From the IMG/VR virus record IMGVR_UViG_3300023184_003237, positions 4,746-68,745 of that record: a DNA stretch of 64,000 nt; one strand, 5' to 3'. Shown piece by piece: positions 1 to 10,242 of the stretch; the first letter of the stretch is position 1, and each line of letters starts with the position of its first letter. The translations under genes and the position numbers were made by a program. Source of the DNA: a virus. The notes under the pieces were generated by a model. The model did not search any database. It had not been told where the DNA came from and saw only the letters and a program-made list of their open reading frames with translations.

Positions 1-1
1 C

Positions 2-2776
2 CCAGATAATGAAAGAGTTGAAGCAGTAAAAATATATGAAGATGCGGTTACTCGCAATGCGGATCTTTTAAAAGAAGCAGGAACAGTTAAGTCAGCTAGA
101 GATGCAAAAAAAGCTGAAGTACAAGCAGTAGTGGATGCTAAAAACAAAGAAGTAGAAACCAATGCTGCTAAAACTCCAGAACAAACGGCTGAGCAAAATA
201 AACAATATGCTGCATCTGGTGGCGCCCAAGATGACAAGGGAGGTCCAACAACGACTAACTCTAATGTTCCTATAGTAGATAGTTCTAAATCACAAACAAC
301 GAATGCTTCACCCGCCGCAGCGCCTGCAGTATTGGATCCGCCAGTTGTGACAATCGTTGGTAAATCGGATACTCCAGCCGCAAAACCAAATAGTAAAGCA
401 CCAAGATTAAGAAAAAACCCATTAGGTAATTTTAGTAGCTACACATATCAGATATCATTATATATGATAACTCCTGATGCATATAATGCATTTGTTTTGT
501 CTGGTAGAAAAGATATTAACGCATTTAGATCCGCAATAGATAAATTTAATCAAAAACCGGCAGCTGCTGCATCTTCAACTTTTGTTCAAGCACCGGGTGA
601 AAGAGGAAGAACTGGCTCTCCACCTGCAACATCTAGTACTCAAGCAACTAAAAGTGGTGGAGTATTTTTAATTGCACAAAGTGGCGGGGCTAACAGTAAT
701 ATAAAACGAGCACCGGGATTTGAGGAAGATTTTTATATTGATGATTTAAAATTTTCACAAGCAATAAATGCCAAGGCCACTGCTGCTTCAACCAACACTA
801 CTGACATTTCATTTACAATTACTGAACCATATGGATTTTCTTTTATAACAAAATTAAGAGATGCATCTGATAAATTAAAAGAAATGTCTAATATAAAAAA
901 TGTCAAAGATTTAAAAAATCCAATAAAACAATATTTTATATTGGGTATTAGATTTTTAGGTTATGATAAGTATGGCGAGCTAATTCAATCAGCAGATATA
1001 CCAGGATCAGACGGAGATCCTACTGCAAACTCATTTGGATTATATGAAAGATTTTTTGACATATATATTTCATCAATGAAATTTAAAATAGACGGAAAAG
1101 CAGTAATATATAACATAGAAGCCGCCAACGTATCAGGTCAACCATTTGGTATAAAACGAGGTGTAATTCCTTCAAATTCCACTGCAATAGGGGGAACCGT
1201 GTATGACGCATTACTAGGAGGAAACCCAATAACTAGTAATAGTGATAGTAATCAAAGTACAGCGGAATCAAGTAGACTAGCACAAAAATCTGTACCTCCT
1301 AATTCTGGAAATAAAATAGGATTGTTGTCAAAATTAAATGCAGACCAACGTGCTATGGTTGGTAATAGTATAGAAATAGCAAATGTGTATGATGTGTCTT
1401 TTATAGGAGGCGCAGAAAATACTATTAAAAATGCAAGACTTACAACACCAAATGATACAAATAAATTAAGATCAGGAAGAAGCCCCGACGCAACTAAAAC
1501 AACAAAATCTAATCCAGCCTCCGAATCCAAAGCCGTACCAGATTTAAATGTAAAACAATTTGTATTTCAAAACGGGACACCTATTATGCAAGCTATTGAT
1601 ACTATCATAACATCAAGTTCATATATAGAAGATGGTTTAAAAATTGTAAATAAAGCAAATGAAGAATTAGAATTGGGACAAGGTGGTACTAGTGAAATTA
1701 AATGGTATAATATTAGTGCTGAAATTGAAGTATTAGGATGGGATACTAAGGTAGGAGACTTTGCTTATAAAACAACTTATATAATTCAACCATATGATAC
1801 CCCAGTAGTAATGAGTACTTATGTAAATAAAACTACAAGATATTATGGCCCAAATAAACGTTATGATTATTGGTATACTGGACAAAACACTGAAATTATT
1901 AGTTATACACAACAGATGGATAATACTTATTTTAATGTAACATTGCGAGCCGATGGTTCGGCTGCATCTCAGGGAGGGGATTTTGATATTCCAACTACTA
2001 CCGGATTGCCACAAAACGCAGTAAAAACAGGGGGTGAAAGTGGTGGACAATCATTAGATGCACAAAACTCATATATTACAAACTTGTTTGATCCAAATTC
2101 AATTGCTGAAGCAAAAATAACAATTTTAGGAGATCCTGATTATCTAATGCAAACTGCATCGTCATCTATTACTCAATTATATAATCGTTTTAATGGAACA
2201 GACGGATTTACTATAAATCCTAACGGCGGACAAGTTTTTATTGAAATTAATTTTAAAGAACCCAAAGGGTATTTTAATAAGAATGGTTTATTAAAAATCA
2301 ATGATAGTATTTTCTTTTGGAAATATCCTGCGTATGTAAAAAAAGATATAGATGCTCGAGGAGGCGGGGTAAGTTATATGTTAACAAAAGTAGTAAGTAA
2401 ATTTGTTCGTGGGAAGTTTGAACAAGATTTATCAGCTACCATAGCTACATTTGCAGACACCGCGGCTGATACAACTCAATCTAGTGCGGAAACAAATAGA
2501 CTAAATAGACAAAATAATGCAAGTATTCCTACATTAGCAGATGGGGTCAGTATAGCAGCAAATACCCCGTATATTTCATTACCGCCTTCGGGGCCAGGGT
2601 CATTAGATCCCGGTCAATTAGGTCTATCTGGTTTGCTTAATTCTGCAGGAAGTATCAATAATGTTTTAGACCCTATGCAAAAATTAGCACAAAATACTAC
2701 TATAACAATTCCTACCCCAAATGGCCCGGTTCAAGACGGAGAGGCCGGAACTCCTACTATTTTTGGAAGAGGATAA
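2..2776 (+). CDS. Baseplate hub-like tail protein (T4 gp27/GpD-like), 5'-truncated
   Basis: The frame is open from base 2, so the listed GTG at 131 is probably not the true start. C-terminal motifs AKITILGDPDYL and YMLTKVVSKFVRGKFEQDL resemble hub proteins of large myophages. It lies directly upstream of the gp5-like gene. Confidence 0.6.
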   Translation, partial: PDNERVEAVKIYEDAVTRNADLLKEAGTVKSARDAKKAEVQAVVDAKNKEVETNAAKTPEQTAEQNKQYAASGGAQDDKGGPTTTNSNVPIVDSSKSQTTNASPAAAPAVLDPPVVTIVGKSDTPAAKPNSKAPRLRKNPLGNFSSYTYQISLYMITPDAYNAFVLSGRKDINAFRSAIDKFNQKPAAAASSTFVQAPGERGRTGSPPATSSTQATKSGGVFLIAQSGGANSNIKRAPGFEEDFYIDDLKFSQAINAKATAASTNTTDISFTITEPYGFSFITKLRDASDKLKEMSNIKNVKDLKNPIKQYFILGIRFLGYDKYGELIQSADIPGSDGDPTANSFGLYERFFDIYISSMKFKIDGKAVIYNIEAANVSGQPFGIKRGVIPSNSTAIGGTVYDALLGGNPITSNSDSNQSTAESSRLAQKSVPPNSGNKIGLLSKLNADQRAMVGNSIEIANVYDVSFIGGAENTIKNARLTTPNDTNKLRSGRSPDATKTTKSNPASESKAVPDLNVKQFVFQNGTPIMQAIDTIITSSSYIEDGLKIVNKANEELELGQGGTSEIKWYNISAEIEVLGWDTKVGDFAYKTTYIIQPYDTPVVMSTYVNKTTRYYGPNKRYDYWYTGQNTEIISYTQQMDNTYFNVTLRADGSAASQGGDFDIPTTTGLPQNAVKTGGESGGQSLDAQNSYITNLFDPNSIAEAKITILGDPDYLMQTASSSITQLYNRFNGTDGFTINPNGGQVFIEINFKEPKGYFNKNGLLKINDSIFFWKYPAYVKKDIDARGGGVSYMLTKVVSKFVRGKFEQDLSATIATFADTAADTTQSSAETNRLNRQNNASIPTLADGVSIAANTPYISLPPSGPGSLDPGQLGLSGLLNSAGSINNVLDPMQKLAQNTTITIPTPNGPVQDGEAGTPTIFGRG

Positions 2777-2779
2777 TAA

Positions 2780-5700
2780 ATGCAAGATTATTTTAAACCA
2801 AAAGGACAAGTAAAGAATTTTAAGAACGACTCAGCCGGCGGCGTTGTTCGTAATAGTCCAATCATTGGTGTAGTAAAAAACAACATCGACCCGACTCGCG
2901 GAGGTAGAATAGAAGTTTATGTTGCTGATTTTGGATCTCCTGATCCGGATGATAGTAAAGGATGGATAACTGTAGGATACATGAGTCCATTCTTTGGCAA
3001 TACAAAAGCCAGTGGTCCTAAGGGAGAAAAAGATTATGGCAGCTACACACAAAATCCTAGTTCTTATGGAATGTGGTTTAGCCCACCTGATATTGGTAGT
3101 AAAGTAGTTTGTATTTTTATTAATGGCGATATGAATTATGGATATTACATAGGTAGTGTAATGGATCCAGAATTGCTGCAAATGGTCCCTTCTATAGGTA
3201 CTTCTGGTAATGTAGTATTCAATAAGGGTGAAGCTAATAGTTATGGAGGTGCAACTCAACTTCCCGTAACAAATATAAATACCAACAATTCATCAATTAC
3301 AAATGGACCAAATTTTTTAAAAGCAGCTAAACCGGTGCATAGTTATTCAGCATCAATTTATTTTCAACAGGGATTAATTAGAGATCCAGTCAGAGGTCCA
3401 GTAACAACTAGTGCATTACGTGAATCTCCGTCAAGAGTTGGATGGGGAGTTAGCACACCCGGTAGACCTATATATGAAGGTGGATATACTGATGATACTA
3501 TTACAACCGCGACTGATAGTTCACCTGAAAAATTGAAAGTTATAGCCCGTCGTGCAGGACATTCAATAGTTATGGATGACGGCGACTTATATGGAAATGA
3601 TCAATCTATAAGACTTCGCACATCATTGGGCCATCAGATATTAATGTCTGATAACGGACAAACGTTATTCATTATTCATAGCAATGGACAAAGCTATATC
3701 GAATTAGGCAAAGAAGGCACTATTGATTTATATTCTACTAATAGTGTAAACATTAGAACACAAGGTGATTTAAATTTACATGCTGATAATAATATAAACA
3801 TCAATGCTAAAAAAGATTTAAACATTGCGGCCGATAACATTAAAATAAATTCTACTAACAATTATGATGTAAGAGTTGGAAAAAACTATAGTGGTTACAC
3901 AATGGGCAAGTATACTATTAAAGTTAATGGTTCAATGAGTATGGCTACTGCCGGCGAAGGTTCATATGCTGCCGGTCAACTAATGTATATTAATGGAGAC
4001 AAGATTAATCTAAATACAGGGGCTACCTCAAATCCTCCTGCGGAAGTACCATTAATACCGCAAGTTGCACATACAGATACATTGGGTGATAGTACTAAGG
4101 GATATGCAGCAGCGCCGGGCCTATTATTATCTATTGTTAGTCGTGCCCCTGCTCATGCGCCATGGGCAAGTGCAGGTCAAGGAGTTGATGTTAAAGTAAC
4201 AACTAGTGCTAGTGCAGCATTGCCAGCGCCCGCTTCACCTGCAACGTCAAGTGCTAATAATGCAGCAGCTCCTACTGCTGTAGCCAATCCAGCAAGTGCA
4301 TCTACTTTATCAACTGTGCCGGGCGCAGGAGCTGCAAGTGGAGCATTAACAGCCGGCGCAACTGCAGGATTAGTAGGGGCAGCAGCTAGTGCAGCCGGCG
4401 GAGCGGCAGCAAGTGTAGTAGCAACTGGATCCGGAGTCATAACAGATGCTGCAGGGAAAATTAATGCTGCTGTGGGTTCACTAGCACAAACCCCGCAACA
4501 ATTAGAATCTGCAGGAATATTAAAACCGGGTGCTTCTAATTTAGTTACAGGATTAGTACAAAACGGTGCCAATGTGGCATCAGCAATGACAACTAACTTG
4601 TTTACAGGAGTAGCTGGAGCAGAAAATCTTACTAAAATTTCTACTAACATTACAGCGCAAGTTGGAGCGCAAGTTGCTAACTTGCAAAAAGCACAAACTG
4701 CGTTAACCAACGTTGGTGCAATTACTGGTAGTGAATCAGCAGCAAGTGTTGCTGGATTAGTATCAGCCGCATCATCAGTTGGAGTTGGAGCCACTGCGGA
4801 CTTTATAAAAAATGCAGCAGGGACTTCAATTAATAGTGCTATTTCTGGAGTAACAGGTGGAGCAGCAGCCTTGGCAGGTGGACAAGTAGCGGCCTTGGCA
4901 GGTGGGGCAGGTGCAGCATTGGCTGGAGCAGCCGGAAATGCAGTTGCAAGTGCCATGTCTGCTGGAAGTCTTGCTACGAATTTAGCAACAACTGCAACCG
5001 GGGGATTAAATTCTATAACTAAATCACTTGAAGGAATTGGAGGAGGCGCTGAAAGTCTGTTAGATAAAGCAAAAGGAATTGCTGGATCAGCGTTCTCAGC
5101 AATAACTTCATCATTTAAATCATTTGCCCCCGGAATTCCTCAAAATCCATTATCAATTGTAGCAAAAAATTCAGCAGATTTTGCAGCAGGTGCAGCATCT
5201 AATCTATCAGGCATAGCAGCCAGTGCAGCCGGCGCCGCAGCTTCAGGATCTGGATTGCCTGGCTCATTAGCAAGTGCAGTAGGTTCAGCAACAGCAGGGA
5301 TAGCTAATGTGGCTTCAGGTGCGATTGGTTCAATAACCAGCGGCGCTGGTGGAATAGCCGGAGCATTAGGCGCAGCCGCTAGTGGACTAACAAGTGCAGC
5401 AAGCAACGCAATAAGTGGAATAACAAGCGGACTTCCAAGTGCAGCATCTCTTGCTAGTGGAGTAAATAATTTGCCCGGTGGACAAGGAGCTATATCTGCA
5501 ATAACTTCTGCGGCGGGTGGGTCATCAGTATTAGCAAGTATTGGCGCCGCAGCAAATACTATATCATCAAGTGTGCAAAATGGTATAAGTAGTGCCTCTG
5601 CTCTTGCTAGTGGAACAGCCTCTCTTACAGCCAGCGGCAGTGGTGCATTAGCCGGATTAGCTAGTGGTGCAAATAGTGCATTAGCTGGCATAACTGGCGC

Positions 5701-6286
5701 AGCAGGGTCAGCATTAGCTGGCATAACTGGCGGCCCAGGCGGAGCATTAGCTGGCATAACTGGCGGCCCAGGCGGAGCATTAGCCGGCGCCCTGGCAGCC
5801 GGAAAAGATAAATTATCTTCTCTTGCTAGCGCAGGACTACCTGCAGGACTTGGTGCAAAATTATCAGCAAGTATTAATTCACTTAATACAGCAGGCGCAG
5901 ATCCTATTAAAATGCCAAGCATTGGTTTAGGAACAGTTGATAGAACCGAAATAACCGCATCAATTGGTGCAGTATTGGGTGATTTAAAAATTCCAGGACC
6001 AAATTTTTCGGGAGCAATTTCTGCTGCGGCTACTGGAGCCTTGCAAGCAGCTAATGATATTAGTTCAAAATTACAGAAATATGAAGATGAACGTCAGGCC
6101 ATATATGATAAACAAAAACAAATAGTTAATGCAGCTAAGGCAGCATATGAAAAGGCTGATAGTACGTTGCCTGCAGGCGACCCTGAGATTGATAAATTGG
6201 GGATGACAGCAATTGCTGAAATGCGAAAAGCCGGCGCAATACTTGATGAGACTAGTGCAGGCCGCAAAGCAATTCTTGCAGGGTAA
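2780..6286 (+). CDS. Baseplate central spike protein (gp5/VgrG-like) with long Gly/Ala/Ser-rich C-terminus
   Basis: N-terminal OB-fold signature GVVKNNIDPTRGGRIEVYV...SYGMWFSPPDIGSKVVCIF...YYIG, then beta-helix-like GHSIVMDD/GHQILMSD/YIELGKEGTI repeats, then about 650 aa of low-complexity G/A/S sequence. Confidence 0.85.
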   Translation: MQDYFKPKGQVKNFKNDSAGGVVRNSPIIGVVKNNIDPTRGGRIEVYVADFGSPDPDDSKGWITVGYMSPFFGNTKASGPKGEKDYGSYTQNPSSYGMWFSPPDIGSKVVCIFINGDMNYGYYIGSVMDPELLQMVPSIGTSGNVVFNKGEANSYGGATQLPVTNINTNNSSITNGPNFLKAAKPVHSYSASIYFQQGLIRDPVRGPVTTSALRESPSRVGWGVSTPGRPIYEGGYTDDTITTATDSSPEKLKVIARRAGHSIVMDDGDLYGNDQSIRLRTSLGHQILMSDNGQTLFIIHSNGQSYIELGKEGTIDLYSTNSVNIRTQGDLNLHADNNININAKKDLNIAADNIKINSTNNYDVRVGKNYSGYTMGKYTIKVNGSMSMATAGEGSYAAGQLMYINGDKINLNTGATSNPPAEVPLIPQVAHTDTLGDSTKGYAAAPGLLLSIVSRAPAHAPWASAGQGVDVKVTTSASAALPAPASPATSSANNAAAPTAVANPASASTLSTVPGAGAASGALTAGATAGLVGAAASAAGGAAASVVATGSGVITDAAGKINAAVGSLAQTPQQLESAGILKPGASNLVTGLVQNGANVASAMTTNLFTGVAGAENLTKISTNITAQVGAQVANLQKAQTALTNVGAITGSESAASVAGLVSAASSVGVGATADFIKNAAGTSINSAISGVTGGAAALAGGQVAALAGGAGAALAGAAGNAVASAMSAGSLATNLATTATGGLNSITKSLEGIGGGAESLLDKAKGIAGSAFSAITSSFKSFAPGIPQNPLSIVAKNSADFAAGAASNLSGIAASAAGAAASGSGLPGSLASAVGSATAGIANVASGAIGSITSGAGGIAGALGAAASGLTSAASNAISGITSGLPSAASLASGVNNLPGGQGAISAITSAAGGSSVLASIGAAANTISSSVQNGISSASALASGTASLTASGSGALAGLASGANSALAGITGAAGSALAGITGGPGGALAGITGGPGGALAGALAAGKDKLSSLASAGLPAGLGAKLSASINSLNTAGADPIKMPSIGLGTVDRTEITASIGAVLGDLKIPGPNFSGAISAAATGALQAANDISSKLQKYEDERQAIYDKQKQIVNAAKAAYEKADSTLPAGDPEIDKLGMTAIAEMRKAGAILDETSAGRKAILAG
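5645..5790 (+). repeat. 33-bp coding minisatellite (about 4.4 units; ALAGITGGPGG)
   Basis: GCATTAGC recurs at 5645, 5678, 5711, 5744 and 5777. Units 5711-5743 and 5744-5776 are identical. Confidence 0.9.
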
Positions 6287-6315
6287 ATAATAATAAATAA
6301 GATATAGGATAAAAT

Positions 6316-6765
6316 ATGGCAACGTATATCGGGTATAGTTCAATAAATGCAAATAAGCCTAGGTCTAGTAATCTTCCAGTGGGTACAGGCGGAGCCGTAG
6401 GGTCCACAATTAATCCTTATGTTGTTGGAAATAAATTTCAATTAGTAGATGCCCCATTGGTTGTGCAAGATTTTATAAATGCATTGAATATACAACAAGG
6501 ACAAAAAGTGGGAAATCCAGCATATGGAACCACTCTTTGGTCATTCGTTTTTGAGCCAAATACAGCAGATGTTCAATTTCAACTTCAAAATGAAATACTT
6601 AGGGTAGCTAGTCAAGATCCTAGGATGATAGTAAATTCTGTAAATGCATATCCACATGAAAACGGTATATTAATAGAAATTGAAATGGCTATTGCTCCTT
6701 TTAATAATGCATTTGATTTAAGCGTATTCTTTAATAATGCAACAAATCAAGCGGTTATTCAATAA
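6316..6765 (+). CDS. Baseplate wedge subunit, gp25/GpW family
   Basis: LVVQDFINALNIQQGQKVGNPAYGTTLWSFVFEP...DPRM matches the gp25 pattern (G-E/Q-R/K...P.YG..L...FEP...EPR). Size is 149 aa and it sits between the spike and wedge genes. Confidence 0.88.
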   Translation: MATYIGYSSINANKPRSSNLPVGTGGAVGSTINPYVVGNKFQLVDAPLVVQDFINALNIQQGQKVGNPAYGTTLWSFVFEPNTADVQFQLQNEILRVASQDPRMIVNSVNAYPHENGILIEIEMAIAPFNNAFDLSVFFNNATNQAVIQ

Positions 6766-6792
6766 CCCTAAAAAACCAAGATTCTCATGTAT

Positions 6793-6800
6793 GATAAATA
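6793..6800 (+). promoter_or_regulatory. Putative T4-like late promoter GATAAATA
   Basis: Intergenic GATAAATA 18 nt before the gp6-like ATG. The same (GA/C)TAAATA motif recurs upstream of many genes here. The T4 late consensus is TATAAATA. Confidence 0.55.
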
Positions 6801-6818
6801 CTTAAAAGAGAATAACCT

Positions 6819-9800
6819 ATGGCAACTAGCAGCAGACAATCAGCATTATTTGGGGTAAATGACTGGAAAGCCATTTATCAAACCTTTAACCAGGCCGACT
6901 TCAGAAGTTATGATTATGAAACATTACGCAAGACTTTTATAGATTATTTGCGTATATATTACCCTGAAACCTTTAATGATTATATTGAAAGTTCAGAATT
7001 TATTGCCCTACTTGATGTTATATCATTTATGGGGCAAGGTCTTGCTTTCCGTAACGATTTAAATACCCGTGAAAATTTCATGGATACGGCTGAACGTAGA
7101 GATTCGGTTATCAAATTAGCTAACTTAGTAAGTTATACCCCTAAACGTAATTTAGAATCACAGGGTTATTTAAAAGTAACTAGTATTCAAACTACTCAAA
7201 ATATTTCAGATTTAAATGGATTTAATTTAAGCAATTCTACAATATTATGGAATGACCCTGCAAATCCCTATTGGTTAGAACAATATAATACAATCATTAA
7301 TGCTGCGTTAATCAATACTCAAAGAGTGGGTGTTCCGGGGAACTCAACACAAATTCTTGGTGTAAAAACTGACGAATATACTTTACAAATCCCCGCTGGA
7401 AGTTTACCTATTGTACCATTTAATTCTAATGTTAACGGATTAAATATGAATTTTGAATTGTGTAGCGTCACAACAGTAGGAGAAAATTATGTATATGAAA
7501 TACCTCCTGCACCCACAAATAAATTTAATATGCTATATCGTAATGATAAATTGGGATACGGCAGTCCAAATACAGGATTCTTTTTTTACTTTAAACAAGG
7601 ATCGTTGCAAAACTTTGACTTTACTTTACAAAATCAAATTTCTAATCAAGTAATTGATATTGATATTCAAGGTATTAATAATTCTGATACTTGGTTATAT
7701 CAAATTAGTCAAGCTAATGGATCATTTGGATTATGGACACAAGTAGAAAATGTATATGCTAACGCCTATCTTCAAACTCAAAATAGTATTAGAAAAATCT
7801 TTTCTGTAAATAGCAGATTTAATGATCAAGTAAGTTATATATTTGGTGACGGAGTATTCGGAGAAATCCCAGTTGGTAACTTTAGAGCATATGTTCGTTC
7901 TGGTAATGCATTAACGTATGTTGTTGATCCAACACAAATGCAAGGCATTAGCGTTAACATTAATTATATAAGTAGAGTTGGACGTCAAGAAACATTAACA
8001 CTTGGTTTAGCATTACAAGTTCCTGTATCAAACGCACAAGTAAGAGAATCACTTGCTGATATTAAACAACGTGCCCCAAGTCGTTACTATACTCAAAATC
8101 GCATGGTTAATGGAGAAGATTATAATAATTTCCCCTACACCTTATATAGTTCAATTATTAAATCAAAAGCTATCAATCGCAGTAGTGTTGGTATAAGTAA
8201 AAATTTAGATTTACTTGATCCTACAGGAAAATATTCTAGCACAAACAGTTTTGCTAATGACGGCGGTATATATTTAAATAATAACGAAGGATATAGTTTA
8301 TTGAGTATTGCAAATACTAGTGACATTATAACTTTCTTAACCGGAACCTTATCAACCATATTAGAAGATAATAGATCATTACAATATTATATTCAAAATT
8401 ATACTAGATATGCAATTGGACCTTCTACTGATACTAGTTTAGTAAGTGATCCTGGAGAGAGTTTAGTATATTGGCAAACCAAAACTGTTAATGCAAATAG
8501 TCTTACTGGTTATTTTTATGATATTGTTAATGGTGAAAATAAACCAATTGCAATTGGAACATATTCCACATATAATACAAAATTTATAACCAAAGGTGCA
8601 TTATTAAAATTTAATGCCCCTGCACATTATTATTTTGATACTAATAATAGATTGGTAAGTGGCATTCCAGGTCCAACTGATGCTACTTATATATGGACTA
8701 CAGTATTAAATGTTATAGGTGATGGGTATAATAATGGCGTTGGGGGATTTGCCAATGGAACAGGGCCGGTTACATTAAATGCATACGTTCCAACTGGCGC
8801 AATATTGTCTGTAGTATTGCCAGCATTTAGTAACATTTTATCAAATGCAGTAATAAATGAATGTATTACAAAATTACAATTGCAACAAGATTTTTCATTA
8901 GTATTTGATAATTCATTAACAATAGCACAACAACGATGGTCAGTGCAAACACTTAATGCAAATAATTATTTTGTAAATTTTACTAGCACTGGATACAATA
9001 GATATAGTGTAACATATCGTTCATTGATATATTATTTTGGTAGTGTAGCAGATACACGATTTACCTTTGAAGCAGGAAAATTAGTATATGACCCTTTTAC
9101 TGGTAAAATATTACAAGACTATGTAAACGTATTAGCAACCAATACTCAGCCAGGATCAAATTATCCATTGGATAAATCTATTGCTGCTAGTATAATTGGA
9201 CAAACAGTTAACTCTGACGGATATATAAATGATTTTGAAGTTGAAGTTGCTAGTATAGATACTAACGATAGAAGCATTATACAAAATCCAGATTTTTTTA
9301 ATCAAATTACAGGATATGTAACAGGAAGCACTAACATAGGTATATATACTTTTTTTGAACAAGTGCAAGATGCAATTAATTTAACTAGAGAACAGATGAT
9401 CCCATCGTCTGACGTAATATATCAATATCCAACTAAAACTCAAATTGAAGTAGTAAAATATGAATATGCCGTTGGCCAATTATTCTATGCTTATAATGAT
9501 AATGTGTTTTATATAACTGTACAAGATCCTACTATTACTACGCCATACTATACTTTAGTTCCACAACCGCAATATAGTATGAAACCGGGTCGTCAAGGAT
9601 TGCAATTTCAATATAGACATAATAGCAATAATACTACACGTATTGATCCTGCAACAACTAATATTATTGATTTGTATCTAGTCACACAATCATATTATAC
9701 TTCTTATCAAAATTGGATACAAGATAGTACTGACACATTGCCTATGCCATCTAGACCAACTATAAATGAATTAAGTCAAAGTTATCCTAAAATACAAGAT

Positions 9801-10214
9801 TATAAAATGCTAAGTGATAGTGCTATATTGAATAGTGTTGTGTTTAAGCCATTATTTGGCCCTAAGGCAGCACTTGCTTTAAGAGGCACAATTAAAGTTA
9901 TTAAAAATTCTAATACAAATGCTAGCGATAGCGAAATTCGTAGTGCGGTATTATCACAAATGGATAATTATTTTAATATTAATAACTGGAATTTTGGTGA
10001 TACTTTTTATTTTAGTGAATTGAGCGCATACATACATAATCAAATTGGTGAATACGTTAGTTCTTGTGTATTAGTACCAAATGATCCCGCTATGCATTTT
10101 GGAGATTTATATGAAATTAAATGTTTGCCATACGAAATATTTGTAAATGCAACCACCGCAAACGATGTAATCATAATTTCAGCACTTACTCCAGCTGAAT
10201 TACAGATAGCATAA
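6819..10214 (+). CDS. Baseplate wedge protein, T4 gp6-like
   Basis: YDYETLRKTFIDYLR...FNDYIESS...ENFMDTAERRDSVIKLANLVSYTPKR, FGDGVFGEIP and ESLADIKQRAPSRYYTQNRMVNGEDY are characteristic gp6/baseplate-J motifs. Confidence 0.88.
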   Translation: MATSSRQSALFGVNDWKAIYQTFNQADFRSYDYETLRKTFIDYLRIYYPETFNDYIESSEFIALLDVISFMGQGLAFRNDLNTRENFMDTAERRDSVIKLANLVSYTPKRNLESQGYLKVTSIQTTQNISDLNGFNLSNSTILWNDPANPYWLEQYNTIINAALINTQRVGVPGNSTQILGVKTDEYTLQIPAGSLPIVPFNSNVNGLNMNFELCSVTTVGENYVYEIPPAPTNKFNMLYRNDKLGYGSPNTGFFFYFKQGSLQNFDFTLQNQISNQVIDIDIQGINNSDTWLYQISQANGSFGLWTQVENVYANAYLQTQNSIRKIFSVNSRFNDQVSYIFGDGVFGEIPVGNFRAYVRSGNALTYVVDPTQMQGISVNINYISRVGRQETLTLGLALQVPVSNAQVRESLADIKQRAPSRYYTQNRMVNGEDYNNFPYTLYSSIIKSKAINRSSVGISKNLDLLDPTGKYSSTNSFANDGGIYLNNNEGYSLLSIANTSDIITFLTGTLSTILEDNRSLQYYIQNYTRYAIGPSTDTSLVSDPGESLVYWQTKTVNANSLTGYFYDIVNGENKPIAIGTYSTYNTKFITKGALLKFNAPAHYYFDTNNRLVSGIPGPTDATYIWTTVLNVIGDGYNNGVGGFANGTGPVTLNAYVPTGAILSVVLPAFSNILSNAVINECITKLQLQQDFSLVFDNSLTIAQQRWSVQTLNANNYFVNFTSTGYNRYSVTYRSLIYYFGSVADTRFTFEAGKLVYDPFTGKILQDYVNVLATNTQPGSNYPLDKSIAASIIGQTVNSDGYINDFEVEVASIDTNDRSIIQNPDFFNQITGYVTGSTNIGIYTFFEQVQDAINLTREQMIPSSDVIYQYPTKTQIEVVKYEYAVGQLFYAYNDNVFYITVQDPTITTPYYTLVPQPQYSMKPGRQGLQFQYRHNSNNTTRIDPATTNIIDLYLVTQSYYTSYQNWIQDSTDTLPMPSRPTINELSQSYPKIQDYKMLSDSAILNSVVFKPLFGPKAALALRGTIKVIKNSNTNASDSEIRSAVLSQMDNYFNINNWNFGDTFYFSELSAYIHNQIGEYVSSCVLVPNDPAMHFGDLYEIKCLPYEIFVNATTANDVIIISALTPAELQIA

Positions 10215-10242
10215 GTAATATATAACATAAAGAATTTTAAAG

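Noticed and set aside
4177-5922. Long minus-strand ORFs 4177..4956 and 5140..5922 (Ala/Pro-rich)
   Set aside because: They are antisense shadows of the GCN/GGN-rich low-complexity part of the spike gene. They have no motifs, and the whole window is otherwise + strand.
2780-10214. Bacterial T6SS or extracellular contractile injection system (VgrG, gp25, baseplate J)
   Set aside because: The T4 gp6-type wedge, giant wedge/fibre protein, TAAATA late-type motifs, dense single-strand coding and absence of TssJ/L/M or Afp-type genes favour a large myophage. Capsid genes are outside the window, so this is not absolutely proven.
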